From: Magnetococcales bacterium DCbin4
GTDB taxonomy: Bacteria; Pseudomonadota; Magnetococcia; Magnetococcales; UBA8363
Length of the DNA: 64,000 nt
Assembly (NCBI GenBank): GCA_002753735.1
Contig: PEAN01000012.1
Location: forward strand, 14,575 to 78,574
Direction of reading: 5' to 3'
Part shown: one piece after another, positions 44,693 to 54,795 of the stretch
Layout of the letters: each line of letters starts with the position of its first letter
Position numbering within the stretch: position 1 is the first letter of the stretch
Made by a program: the position numbers and the translations under genes
Notes under the pieces: generated by a model
The model's database searches: none
Told to the model about the DNA's origin: nothing
Seen by the model: only the letters and a program-made list of their open reading frames with translations

Positions 44693-45898
44693 GTGAACGC
44701 CGAACTTCGTTCAAGGGCCGCCGACTTTCTGGGACTGCGCCGCAGTATCGTGGGCATGTTGACCATGGTGGTTCTGGTCGGCATGGGCGAACGGATGGCA
44801 GATCGATTTCTTCCCATCTACATACTTGCCGTGGGTGGCGGAACGCTTGCCATCGGTCTCCTGGGTGCTTTGGACAACCTCCTCGGGGCCCTGTACGCCT
44901 TTCCCGGGGGCTATCTTTCCGACCGATGGGGTCATAAGCGGGCATTGCTTTTTTTTAACGTGCTGGCTGCCTCGGGCTTCCTGTTGGTTGTGCTGGTGCC
45001 GGCCTGGGAAGCGGTATTGGCGGGCGCAGTATTGTTCCTCTCCTGGTCGGCCATCTCCATGCCTGCCATCATGGGATTGATCAGTGAGGTCCTGCCCAAA
45101 AATAAACGGGTGATGGGGGTGTCGGTCCATTCCATGGTTCGCCGCATCCCCATGGCCCTGGGACCCATGATGGGCGGGGGATTCATTGCTTGGCTGGGGG
45201 AAAAGGATGGCGTGCGCGCTTCCTTCGCCGTGGCCCTGTTCCTGTGCCTGGTGGCCATCGTCATTCAACAACGGATGCTTGATGATCATACCCCCGCCAC
45301 AAACGCCTCGTCGGCGCATGGCAATCCATTCAAGCTGTGGCCATGGATGACGCTTCCCCTGCGACGCCTGCTGGTCGCGGATGTCCTGGTCCGTTTTTGC
45401 GAACAGATTCCTTATGCGTTCGTCGTGATCTGGTGCATGAAAAGCATTGCCGCACCCGTCACCGCGGTGGAATTCGGCTGGCTCACCGCCATCGAAATGT
45501 TCACTGCCATGGCTATTTATCTTCCCGTGGGCTGGCTTGCTGACAAGGGGGGGAAAAAAGGGTTCGTGCTGACAACCTTCATTGCCTTTACCCTGTTTCC
45601 TCTGGCCTTGTTGCATGCCCACGGATTTTGGCCGCTGACGGCGGTATTCATCCTGCGTGGCCTGAAAGAATTTGGCGAACCAACCCGCAAGGCGATGATC
45701 ATGGAATTGGCGCCTGAAGGTCGGAAAGCAGCCCTTTTTGGTCTGTATTATCTGATCAGAGACCTTTTTGTGGCCATGGCTGCGTTTTGTGGGGCGTTGT
45801 TATGGCAGTGGGGACCCGAAATCAATCTGTACACTGCATTTGCTTTTGGCTTGGTCGGGACCTTCTGGTATGCATGGAAAGGGGCGCATCTGGAATAG
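44693..45898 (+). CDS. MFS transporter
   Basis: 401 aa with ~12 hydrophobic segments. The loop 2-3 motif is GGYLSDRWGHKRALL. GTG start. Confidence 0.75.
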   Translation: MNAELRSRAADFLGLRRSIVGMLTMVVLVGMGERMADRFLPIYILAVGGGTLAIGLLGALDNLLGALYAFPGGYLSDRWGHKRALLFFNVLAASGFLLVVLVPAWEAVLAGAVLFLSWSAISMPAIMGLISEVLPKNKRVMGVSVHSMVRRIPMALGPMMGGGFIAWLGEKDGVRASFAVALFLCLVAIVIQQRMLDDHTPATNASSAHGNPFKLWPWMTLPLRRLLVADVLVRFCEQIPYAFVVIWCMKSIAAPVTAVEFGWLTAIEMFTAMAIYLPVGWLADKGGKKGFVLTTFIAFTLFPLALLHAHGFWPLTAVFILRGLKEFGEPTRKAMIMELAPEGRKAALFGLYYLIRDLFVAMAAFCGALLWQWGPEINLYTAFAFGLVGTFWYAWKGAHLE

Positions 45899-45926
45899 GA
45901 CCCGAAAGGGTGAGGATGTTTGAACC

Positions 45927-46922
45927 ATGACCCATCGATGGTCCCATCGTCTTGAATGGTGGTTGGTGCGGGCGTTGTCCGTATGGCTGGACGTTCAGGA
46001 ACCTGGAGTCTCCTGTCGCCGGGCCATGACGTTGGGAAATCTTGGCCGAAGGGTTTTGCGCCGGGAGTGGGCCTGGTGCCAGACCAATCTGCGTCTGATC
46101 TATGGCGACCATCTGTCCCAAAAGGAACGCTTTGACCTGGGCGTCCTTGCGTTTCGCAATATTTTCATGAGTTACGTTGAGGGATTGCAGCCGGATGGGG
46201 TGCGATTCACCGGTATCAGCGGCACGCATCATCTGCTGGATGCGTTTCAATCGGGTCGTGGGGCCATCCTTGCCAGTATTCATCTCGGGGGGTGGGAGTC
46301 GGGTCTGTTTCATGGTGCGCGTACATTGGGTCTGCCGCTGGCCTGCCTGTATCGACCCACCAACAATCCCCTGAGCGAACAGTTTTTTCAGCAACGCCGT
46401 TCAATCTATGACATTGAATGGATTCCTCGTGACGATGTTCGAGCCGCAATCCGCGCCTTGAAACGGGGAAAAGTCCTGGTCGTCATGACCGACATCAATT
46501 TTCGCCAGGGCGGGGTGGCGGTCCCTTTTCTCGGCTTGCCCGCCATGTGTCCGCCCGGGGCGGGCCGTCTGGCACTGCAACTGAAGATTCCCCTGGTCCC
46601 CGTGGTGGTGACCCGAAATGCCCCGGGCATCAATCATATTCACTATCAGCCCCCGATCAACCTGGAAGAACCCAGATCATCCAATCATCCCGTGGAGGAG
46701 GCCACCTTTCAACTTAATCAGGTGTTCGCACGCTGGATCCACGAGTATGCCGATCAATACAACTGGTTGCATGCCCGCTGGCGCAGCCGTCCCGATGGCA
46801 GCTTGTGGCGCGCCGACGGCGACTGGTCACAAATGGCTGGGGCAAGGGTGGAACCCTTTGTGCCGGTCTCCTCAAGGATACGTACGCTGTTGGCGCACAA
46901 AACCTCCAAGGAATACCCATGA
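45927..46922 (+). CDS. Lysophospholipid/lipid A late acyltransferase (LpxL/HtrB family)
   Basis: ASIHLGGWE (HX4-type acyltransferase motif), VVMTDINF, LPAMCPPGAGRLALQLKIPLVPV. Confidence 0.7.
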   Translation: MTHRWSHRLEWWLVRALSVWLDVQEPGVSCRRAMTLGNLGRRVLRREWAWCQTNLRLIYGDHLSQKERFDLGVLAFRNIFMSYVEGLQPDGVRFTGISGTHHLLDAFQSGRGAILASIHLGGWESGLFHGARTLGLPLACLYRPTNNPLSEQFFQQRRSIYDIEWIPRDDVRAAIRALKRGKVLVVMTDINFRQGGVAVPFLGLPAMCPPGAGRLALQLKIPLVPVVVTRNAPGINHIHYQPPINLEEPRSSNHPVEEATFQLNQVFARWIHEYADQYNWLHARWRSRPDGSLWRADGDWSQMAGARVEPFVPVSSRIRTLLAHKTSKEYP

Positions 46923-47782
46923 AAAAAGATTATTCCTTCATCAAAAAAGATGCACGTGCAGCAAACGAAGTCGATCAAGTCCAAACCTTTTGGACCGGAG
47001 TGTGGGAACACAGACTGCTTACGGATCATGCCCAACAGGATGTTCAGGAACATGAACTCCATCCCCTCGTCGATTCCTATCTTTCCACCCTGCCGGAGGG
47101 AAGCCGTATTCTTGATGCCGGGTGCGGCATGGGAGAATGGACCATTTATTATACCCACCAGGGAAAACACATCACCGGTATGGACCTGAGTGCAGACACG
47201 ATCCAACGTCTTTTGGAAAAATATCCAGAGTGCGACTTTGTGACCGGGGATATCCGTCAGACCGGTTTTGCGCCAGATACTTTCGATGCCATCATTTCAT
47301 GGGGAACCTTCGAACATTTTGAGATTGGTTTGGCGCCATGTTTCCAGGAAGCATGGCGGATCTTGAAACCGGGCGGCCATTTGATCATCACGGTTCCTTT
47401 TCACAATCTCCGTCATTGGTTGCGTGATCTGTTCCTGGCACCGGAAAAGAACATGGAATTGGTTCATGACCCAAAGGATGTGACCCATGTGTTCTATCAA
47501 TGGCGCTTGACCCGGTCGGAGTTGGCGATTGAATGTCTGTTACATGGATTTGAGGTCAAGAAGATCATCCCATGTTCCCGGAAGAGTGGTATGAAGCGTT
47601 TTCTTCAACATGAATTCGGGGTACGTCCTGGAACCCCCTTGTACCGCCCCTTGTTCAAACTGTTTGATTGGCTGCTGCCCCGGGGATCGGTCGAACATAT
47701 GATTCTTGGTATTTCAACCAAGGCTGACAAGCAGCGTGGATATGAATCTTTAACGACAGTGAAACCAAAAAATAGCAATTGA
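46919..47782 (+). CDS. Class I SAM-dependent methyltransferase
   Basis: ATG at 46919 overlaps the upstream stop (ATGA). Motif I is RILDAGCGMGEWTI, followed by FDAIISWGTFEHF and LKPGGHLIITV. Confidence 0.75.
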   Translation: MKKDYSFIKKDARAANEVDQVQTFWTGVWEHRLLTDHAQQDVQEHELHPLVDSYLSTLPEGSRILDAGCGMGEWTIYYTHQGKHITGMDLSADTIQRLLEKYPECDFVTGDIRQTGFAPDTFDAIISWGTFEHFEIGLAPCFQEAWRILKPGGHLIITVPFHNLRHWLRDLFLAPEKNMELVHDPKDVTHVFYQWRLTRSELAIECLLHGFEVKKIIPCSRKSGMKRFLQHEFGVRPGTPLYRPLFKLFDWLLPRGSVEHMILGISTKADKQRGYESLTTVKPKNSN

Positions 47783-47838
47783 TTGTTTTTTGATTTTCAA
47801 AACCAGGTATACCCTGGACAACGGGTGCGTTTGTTCCC

Positions 47839-49065
47839 TCATGGAATGAAACTTTCCAGGCTTTTGACTGCCCGTTTGATGGGAGGGAATTCATTATAGA
47901 GGAAGCCGTGTGCCTGAAAATAAGGGGAGTTCGCCAACTGTTCCGCCAAGGGTTGATCCTTGGCCAGATGTCGATCCACGGCGATCACCAGGTTGGGAAC
48001 GTCGTCGGTGGCGTCCTGGCGATCCAGTTGTTGCAAACGCCGGAGGAGGGGTGCCCGATGCCAGCGGTGAAACATTTCCAGGTGGACCACCCGGTTTTGG
48101 CGATGGCGAAAGGTGAAATCGACGACGATGATGTCCGATCCTTCCAGGTGGAGCAGCTGGGTATCGGGCAGAAGGGTCCAATCGGTGACCTCTTCTTCAA
48201 ACCGGCTGGCAAAACGTTCAAACTCGGAGGGAACATGGACACTGCCGATGGCATAATGGGAGACCAGACCACTTCCCTGATCCAGGGTCAGTTGACCGGT
48301 TTCTCCCCCTTTCGGACGGACCTGCGCGGTGATCTTCCATTGTTGCAGATGACAGATGGCGGGAAGGACGGATGCGAATTGCAAACCATAGCGACGGACC
48401 TGGTCGAACAGACTCAACGGTCCATCCAACACCAGATGGTAATGCCCAATCGCCTTCTGTTGAATGGTTGACAGCAGGCGGAAAAATCGCAACTGTCGGA
48501 AAAATTGTCGTAATCGACCCGTATCGGTATCGATGAGTTCCAATTCCAGACGGGTCGCCCCCAGCAACAATCCCTGCACCAGAGCCATATTATAGCGTTG
48601 CAGCAACCGTTCCTGGCTCATGGGGCGGAATTGTTCCAGGGTCTGGCGGTGGGCAAGGTCGGAAAAAAGGGTTGCGGTCAGGGATTGTGCAGTATGTCCC
48701 AATGCCCGGGCCACGTTGTCGCGAAAGGTTTCCAGGCGGCCAACAGTAGGGGCGGTGAGTTGCCGGGTCGATTCCATGAACGCCGTCAGGCGAATCTCTT
48801 CCAGTTTCGGGTCAGGTTCACGAAACTCACACCGGTCCAGCAACAACTTGTTCAGACCCCGGGCAATCAAAGGAGAGCGGCTGGCATTGATGACGGGTTG
48901 CACCAGCTCCGCAATTTCCTCATGGCTCAAACCATTCGCCTGGGTATAAATCGCGATCATCTCTCCGGCGAGATCGAAATAGCCCCGATTTTTCGTGTCG
49001 ATGAACCGTGGGAGAATGCGGCCATCCCGGAGGCGGTTGAAGCGGAGCAGTTCCTTGGTCAGCAT
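47839..49065 (-). CDS. DUF790-family protein (Bax1-like nuclease partner of XPB)
   Basis: 408 aa. The N-terminus MLTKELLRFNRLRDGRILPRFID.. is the pattern I associate with DUF790. It sits directly downstream of an XPB-type helicase. Confidence 0.55.
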   Translation of the reverse strand: MLTKELLRFNRLRDGRILPRFIDTKNRGYFDLAGEMIAIYTQANGLSHEEIAELVQPVINASRSPLIARGLNKLLLDRCEFREPDPKLEEIRLTAFMESTRQLTAPTVGRLETFRDNVARALGHTAQSLTATLFSDLAHRQTLEQFRPMSQERLLQRYNMALVQGLLLGATRLELELIDTDTGRLRQFFRQLRFFRLLSTIQQKAIGHYHLVLDGPLSLFDQVRRYGLQFASVLPAICHLQQWKITAQVRPKGGETGQLTLDQGSGLVSHYAIGSVHVPSEFERFASRFEEEVTDWTLLPDTQLLHLEGSDIIVVDFTFRHRQNRVVHLEMFHRWHRAPLLRRLQQLDRQDATDDVPNLVIAVDRHLAKDQPLAEQLANSPYFQAHGFLYNEFPPIKRAVKSLESFIP

Positions 49066-49134
49066 GTCACGTTCTCATTCCCCTGTTTTTTGACCTCCGC
49101 TGCTGCCAATGGATCCATATGTGGAATGAACAAT

Positions 49135-50586
49135 TCATCCCGACTCATTTTGTTCCTCCTGGTCCGGAGTGTTTTTCTGGTAGGCGGCATGTTGGCGGCG
49201 ACGTTCGGAAGTGAAGGTTTCCGCCGTATCGCCGGAGACCAGTTCATACAGGATGGCCTGTTTGCCCTGGCGTGGCCTGAGAATTCTTCCCAAACGCTGC
49301 ACATGTTCCCGTACCGAACCACTTCCTGAAACAATGATGCCCACCGATACATCGGGGACATCAACCCCTTCATTGAGAATGCGGGAATTGACCAGGAACG
49401 GCAAAGTGCCATCGCGGAATCCCTCCAACAACCGAACCCGTTCGGCGGGACGGGTATGGTGGGTGATGACCGGCAGGAAAAAGGTTTCGGCGATGGCATA
49501 GGCGGTGGCATTGTCGTCGGTGAACAACAACACCCGTTCATGCCGATGCCCGATCAACAGCCGCCAGACCGCCCGCAACTTGGCGCGGCTGGCACGGGCG
49601 ATCTTCTTCTGCATCCGATAGGCGGCATAGGCTTGACGTCCCTCCTGGGAACGGGCGCAAACCTTGATGAATTGACTCCATCCCTGGGGATTGCGGAAAC
49701 TGATGCCGCTGGCACGGGCAAATTCCTTGTATTGGGTGTAGGCGGCATCATAGGCAATCCGTTCATCATCATCCAGATCAATGGCGATGGTCCGTAATTC
49801 GTAGGGGGCCAGATACCGTCCTTCCAGTTCGCCAATTTCGGAACGGTGACAGATGGGCCCCACCAATCGTTCCAGATCTCCTTCGGCACCATCGGCACGT
49901 TCGGGGGTCGCGGTCAATCCCAGGCGGAACGGTGCGATGGCCATTGCGGCCATGAGGCGGGTACTGGGTGCGGGCAGGTGATGACATTCATCGAAAATGA
50001 TCAAGCCGAAACGGTTTCCGATCCGTTCCATGAACAACACCGCCGAATCATAGGTACTGACGGTAATGGTTTCAAGCATATGGTTGCCCCCACCCAACAA
50101 ACCGATGGTCACACCAAAACTTTGCCCCAGCCGTTCATGCCATTGGAGCATGAGATCGATGGTGGGGACAATGATGAGGGTGTCGCGCCGGACATGGGCA
50201 ATGGCCATGTGGGCCACCAGGGTTTTTCCCGCGCCCGTCGGCAACACCACGACACCACGTCGTTGCGCTCCGATCCATGCCTCAAACGCTTCCTTCTGGT
50301 GGGGTCGCGGGGGCGGATCGTTGCGGGGTGCCAGGGGATGCGTGGCAAACCGCCGGGCATGGTCGGTGAATGGAATCTTCAATTTGTGCAATGTGAGCAT
50401 GATCGGGCCATAATGCATGGCCTCGGCACGGTAACAAAGCGTACGTTCATCCCAAAGGACATGCCCCGCCACCGGAGCCAGCGTTTCGGGGGTGCCGAAA
50501 AGGGTCAGGGTTCCCTGGTCGAATTCAATCCGAACCACATTCTCTTTGGATACGCCATGACTGGCCGCTGCGGTAGGGTGCGTCAC
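49135..50586 (-). CDS. XPB/Ssl2/ERCC3-like SF2 DNA helicase
   Basis: The N-terminal damage-recognition-like domain is followed by PRPHQKEAFEAW, Walker A VLPTGAGKT, DECHHLPA, TATPER and a helicase C domain with LLFTDD..ILNEGVDVPD. Confidence 0.8.
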   Translation of the reverse strand: MTHPTAAASHGVSKENVVRIEFDQGTLTLFGTPETLAPVAGHVLWDERTLCYRAEAMHYGPIMLTLHKLKIPFTDHARRFATHPLAPRNDPPPRPHQKEAFEAWIGAQRRGVVVLPTGAGKTLVAHMAIAHVRRDTLIIVPTIDLMLQWHERLGQSFGVTIGLLGGGNHMLETITVSTYDSAVLFMERIGNRFGLIIFDECHHLPAPSTRLMAAMAIAPFRLGLTATPERADGAEGDLERLVGPICHRSEIGELEGRYLAPYELRTIAIDLDDDERIAYDAAYTQYKEFARASGISFRNPQGWSQFIKVCARSQEGRQAYAAYRMQKKIARASRAKLRAVWRLLIGHRHERVLLFTDDNATAYAIAETFFLPVITHHTRPAERVRLLEGFRDGTLPFLVNSRILNEGVDVPDVSVGIIVSGSGSVREHVQRLGRILRPRQGKQAILYELVSGDTAETFTSERRRQHAAYQKNTPDQEEQNESG

Positions 50587-50612
50587 AAGAACCTTCCTCG
50601 CCGGGCCGGGAA

Positions 50613-51203
50613 TCAGACGGCGTCGGTGCCCGGTGTTCCGGGATCGCCGGGTCGGGTGGGGATTGGCTTGAATGCCAGGATCAATCCCAGACCGACCGCG
50701 CCACCCATGGTGTCCATGAAGGCATCCCGCAGATCGAAATAACGGTCTGGGAGCAAAAATTGTAGAATCTCATCCGCCAGTCCAGCAAACATCACCAGGG
50801 TCATGATATCGATCAATCCCTGCCGGTCACGCGCCGGATGGGCATGATGGATCAGCATTGCCAGGATGGCGTATTGTACAAAATGGACCCGCTCATCGGG
50901 ATTGGTCGTGATGGTCAAGGCGGTCAGGGCAGCGATCCCCAGGAATGCCAGCGCCATGATCCGACGTTTGGCGCGCAACAACACCAAACCGACGACACCC
51001 GCCAGAACGACCGCCAACACCGCATTGACGATCCGTTCCACATGTTCCACCCCGTTCATGACTTCGTACAACCACATTTCCACGGTCGGAATCAATGGGA
51101 CCAGAGAATAGTGCAAGGTCAGGTAGAGACCGACCCACGTCCAGCCCCATGGGGATTGACGGACAATGGCGGGGAAATTTTTTATTTTCTGAATCATTTT
51201 CAT
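50613..51203 (-). CDS. VanZ-like membrane protein
   Basis: 196 aa with 5-6 TM segments. The C-terminal motif is DEILQFLLPDRYFDLRDAFMDTMGGAVGL. Confidence 0.5.
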   Translation of the reverse strand: MKMIQKIKNFPAIVRQSPWGWTWVGLYLTLHYSLVPLIPTVEMWLYEVMNGVEHVERIVNAVLAVVLAGVVGLVLLRAKRRIMALAFLGIAALTALTITTNPDERVHFVQYAILAMLIHHAHPARDRQGLIDIMTLVMFAGLADEILQFLLPDRYFDLRDAFMDTMGGAVGLGLILAFKPIPTRPGDPGTPGTDAV

Positions 51204-51445
51204 GGATTTAGATTAAATAAGGTTAAGGTGGACAATTTTATTTTATGGACCATTCAGCAATGAAGTGCAAGTTTTTCAACAAAAAGTTCAAAAAAAGGGA
51301 TGACGGCCACGAGAACTTCGATTACATTCGGTCCACCCAAACGAGTATGCGTGGCCCCCGCCGTCAAGTCGAGGCGTGGTCGTCAAAGAGATATAGAATC
51401 CAAACATCTGTTTCCTCCAGGAAAGACCAGAAAAGACGAAAGGGT

Positions 51446-53587
51446 ATGTCCATGTCCGAATCCAAAAAGCCCAGCCTTGAAGACTGGAAAGCCGCTACGG
51501 AAAAAGGCCTCAAAGGGAAGCCGCTCAGCTCCCTGGAATGGTCCACTCCCGACGGAATCAATATCAAGACGGTCTATACCAAAGCGGATGTCGAAGGATT
51601 GTCCAATCAGGATACCCTTCCCGGATTCGCTCCCTTCCTGCGTGGTCCCCATACCACCATGTATGCCGGAAGGCCCTGGACCATTCGTCAGTATGCCGGT
51701 TTTTCCACTGCCGAGGAATCCAATGCCTTCTACCGTCGCACGTTGGCCGGTGGCGGTCAGGGTGTTTCGGTTGCCTTCGACCTTGCGACCCATCGCGGCT
51801 ACGACTCCGACCATCCCCGGGTGACGGGTGACGTGGGCAAGGCGGGTGTGGCGGTGGACAGCGTCGAAGACATGAAAATTTTGTTCGACGGGATTCCCCT
51901 GGGACAGATTTCCGTCTCCATGACCATGAACGGCGCGGTGCTGCCGGTGTTGGCCAGCTATATCGTGGCCGCCGAAGAGCAGGGTGTGCAGCAGAAAGAA
52001 CTGCGCGGAACCATCCAGAATGACATTCTCAAGGAATTCATGGTCCGCAACACCTTCATCTATCCGCCCGCCCCCTCGATGCGCATCGTTGGCGACATCA
52101 TTGAGTTCACCTCGAAGAACATGCCGTTGTTCAACAGCATCTCCATTTCCGGCTATCACATGCAGGAAGCGGGTGCCGATGCCTCTTTGGAACTGGCCTA
52201 TACCCTGGCGGATGGCAAGGATTATGTGAAAACGGCGGTGGAACGGGGCATGGGGGTTGACGATTTTGCAGGACGTCTCTCCTTTTTCTTCGCCATCGGA
52301 ATGAACTTCTACCTGGAAATCGCCAAGCTGCGTGCTGCCCGCATGATGTGGTGCGAAATCATGGAAGGATTCGGGGCCAAGAAAGCCTCTTCAAAAATGT
52401 TGCGCACCCATTGCCAGACCTCCGGTTGGAGTCTGACCTTCCAGGATCCGTACAACAACGTGGTGCGCACCACCATCGAAGCGATGGCGGCCGTGTTTGG
52501 CGGTACGCAATCGTTGCACACCAACGCCCTGGACGAAGCCATCGCCCTGCCGACCGACTTTTCCGCCCGGATTGCCCGCAACACCCAGTTGATTTTGCAG
52601 GAAGAGGCGCACATCACCCATGTGGCCGATCCCTGGGGTGGTTCCTACCTGATGGAAACCCTGACCCAGCAGATCGCCGACAAGGCGCGCGAAGTCATGA
52701 AAGAGGTGGACAAGGCGGGTGGCATGGTGAAGGCCATTGAAGCGGGTCTGCCCCAACGGCGCATCGAAGAGGCGGCGGCTCGCAGACAGGGCAACATTGA
52801 CCGCGGTCTGGAGACCATCGTCGGGGTCAACAAGTACAAGCTGAAGCAGGAAGAAGCCATCGATGCCAGAAAGGTGGACAACAAGGCGGTTCGTTTGTCC
52901 CAGATCGATCGCCTCAACAAGATCAAGGCGAATCGCGATTCTGCCAAGGTCAAGGCCGCTCTGGATGCGTTGACCAAGGCAGCCGAGTCGGGCACGGGCA
53001 ACCTTTTGGAACTTTCCGTCAATGCCATGCGGGTTCGCGCCACCCTGGGCGAAGTCACCGAGGCGATGGAAAAAATCTTTGGCCGTCATACCCCGCACAC
53101 CAGCACGGTTTCCGGAGTTTATGGCAAGGTGTGGGCCGATGATCCCCAATGGCTCGACCTCAAGAAGGATGTCGATGCCTTTACCGCCAAGGAAGGACGT
53201 CGTCCGCGCATGTTGGTGGTCAAGATGGGTCAGGACGGACATGATCGTGGCGCCAAGGTGATCGCCTCGGCGTTTGCCGACGCCGGTTTTGACGTCGATC
53301 TGGCCCCCTTGTTCCAGACACCGCAGGAAGTTGCGGAACAGGCGGTGGAAAACGACGTTCATGTCGTGGGCGTTTCCACCCTGGCGGGTGCCCACACGAC
53401 CTTGATTCCCGAATTGATCCAGGAACTCAAGAAGAAGAAGGCGGACGATGTGGTGGTGGTGTGCGGTGGCGTCATTCCGCAGCAGGATTATGATGAATTG
53501 CGCGCTGCGGGGGTTGCGGAAATCTTTGGACCGGGTACCTCGGTTGCGGTATCGGCACGCAAGGTGATTCAGCGGATCGCACGCTGA
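51446..53587 (+). CDS. Methylmalonyl-CoA mutase (fused catalytic + B12-binding domains)
   Basis: [48 protein letters not shown]-terminal B12 motif [23 protein letters not shown] at 51446 follows AAAGGG. The ORF-track N-terminal extension from 51245 is implausible. Confidence 0.9.
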   Translation: MSMSESKKPSLEDWKAATEKGLKGKPLSSLEWSTPDGINIKTVYTKADVEGLSNQDTLPGFAPFLRGPHTTMYAGRPWTIRQYAGFSTAEESNAFYRRTLAGGGQGVSVAFDLATHRGYDSDHPRVTGDVGKAGVAVDSVEDMKILFDGIPLGQISVSMTMNGAVLPVLASYIVAAEEQGVQQKELRGTIQNDILKEFMVRNTFIYPPAPSMRIVGDIIEFTSKNMPLFNSISISGYHMQEAGADASLELAYTLADGKDYVKTAVERGMGVDDFAGRLSFFFAIGMNFYLEIAKLRAARMMWCEIMEGFGAKKASSKMLRTHCQTSGWSLTFQDPYNNVVRTTIEAMAAVFGGTQSLHTNALDEAIALPTDFSARIARNTQLILQEEAHITHVADPWGGSYLMETLTQQIADKAREVMKEVDKAGGMVKAIEAGLPQRRIEEAAARRQGNIDRGLETIVGVNKYKLKQEEAIDARKVDNKAVRLSQIDRLNKIKANRDSAKVKAALDALTKAAESGTGNLLELSVNAMRVRATLGEVTEAMEKIFGRHTPHTSTVSGVYGKVWADDPQWLDLKKDVDAFTAKEGRRPRMLVVKMGQDGHDRGAKVIASAFADAGFDVDLAPLFQTPQEVAEQAVENDVHVVGVSTLAGAHTTLIPELIQELKKKKADDVVVVCGGVIPQQDYDELRAAGVAEIFGPGTSVAVSARKVIQRIAR

Positions 53588-53779
53588 AACGATGTCCTTG
53601 ATCCTGCCGGTGGTGATTGAAGCTGCCGGCAGGCGTTCAGGATGCGTGTGTCAATGTGGATGAGCAATGGACGGGCTGTCCGGCTATGGTTGGACAGCCC
53701 GTCGGTTGGTTGGGGCTGTGTGCGGGTCGTGTGACACAACGAAGGCCAGATCGTTGACGGGGTTGGCCAGGAGGATGGA

Positions 53780-54763
53780 ATGCCAAGGTTTGATACCGAA
53801 ACCTATGTTCAGGGGGTATTGCAGGGTGACCGGCGGATGATCGCCAAAGCCATCACCCTGATCGAAAGCACCCTGCATCAGGATGAAGAACAGACCCAGG
53901 AGATCATCGGGCAGTTGTTGCCTTATTGCGGAAAATCCTTGCGCATCGGCATCACTGGCCCCCCCGGGGCGGGCAAAAGCACGATGATTGAAGCCCTTGG
54001 TCTGCATTTGCTTAAAAATAAACGCCGGATTGCGATTTTGGCGGTCGATCCCTCTTCCAAACTGTCGGGTGGCAGTGTCCTGGGGGATAAAACCCGTATG
54101 GGTCGGTTGATGGCCAACAATGATATTTTCGTCCGGCCTTCGGCGGCCGGGGAAACTTTGGGCGGGGTCGCACGCAAAACCCGGGAAACGATGCTGGTCC
54201 TTGAGGCGGCGGGGTTTGATACCGTGCTGGTCGAGACCGTCGGCGTGGGACAGAGTGAAACCGTCGTGGCCGACATGACCGACTTTTTCCTCCTGGTTGC
54301 GTTGCCCAACGCGGGAGATGAGCTACAGGGGATCAAACGGGGCATTATGGAGATGGCGGATGCCATTGTGGTCAACAAGGCGGACGGTCCATTCGAGGAT
54401 TCCGCCAAACAAGCGGCCCATGTCCTGCGGTCGGCTTTGCAGGTGATGCATCATCCGCGGCCCGATTGGGAACTGCCCGTGTTCCTGGCCAGCGCCCGGA
54501 CGGGTCTTGGCATTGATGAAATTTGGAAATCCATGCTGCGCTTTCAGGAAGTCATGATGGCCAATGGCGTCCTGCAATCTCGGCGGCGGGAGCAGAATCT
54601 GGAATGGATGACCACGTTGGTGCGTGAAGAATTGGAACGGAGGTTTGATTCTCACCCCGAGGTGCAATATCTGATGCCCGACCTGCGCCGCAAGGTGAGT
54701 GATGGCAGAATCACCGCCGTGCGTGCCGCCAGCATGCTCATGCAGGCATTCGCCGTGGGATAA
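53780..54763 (+). CDS. meaB: Methylmalonyl-CoA mutase-associated GTPase MeaB/ArgK
   Basis: [47 protein letters not shown]. Confidence 0.9.
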   Translation: MPRFDTETYVQGVLQGDRRMIAKAITLIESTLHQDEEQTQEIIGQLLPYCGKSLRIGITGPPGAGKSTMIEALGLHLLKNKRRIAILAVDPSSKLSGGSVLGDKTRMGRLMANNDIFVRPSAAGETLGGVARKTRETMLVLEAAGFDTVLVETVGVGQSETVVADMTDFFLLVALPNAGDELQGIKRGIMEMADAIVVNKADGPFEDSAKQAAHVLRSALQVMHHPRPDWELPVFLASARTGLGIDEIWKSMLRFQEVMMANGVLQSRRREQNLEWMTTLVREELERRFDSHPEVQYLMPDLRRKVSDGRITAVRAASMLMQAFAVG

Positions 54764-54795
54764 CTCCTTTTGACCAACCATGGATGTGTTTGAAC

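Noticed and set aside
51204-51445. A cobalamin riboswitch upstream of the B12-dependent mutase
   Set aside because: The leader is long (~240 nt) and has a 7-bp ggccacg/cgtggcc pairing, but I could not recognise a B12-box-like consensus. The ORF-track extension (51245) is also not credible as coding. A covariance-model scan (Rfam RF00174) would be needed.
49846-53395. ORFs 49846..50742 (+), 51383..52159 (-) and 52391..53395 (-)
   Set aside because: They are antisense to the XPB helicase and the methylmalonyl-CoA mutase respectively. The sense frames have unambiguous family motifs.
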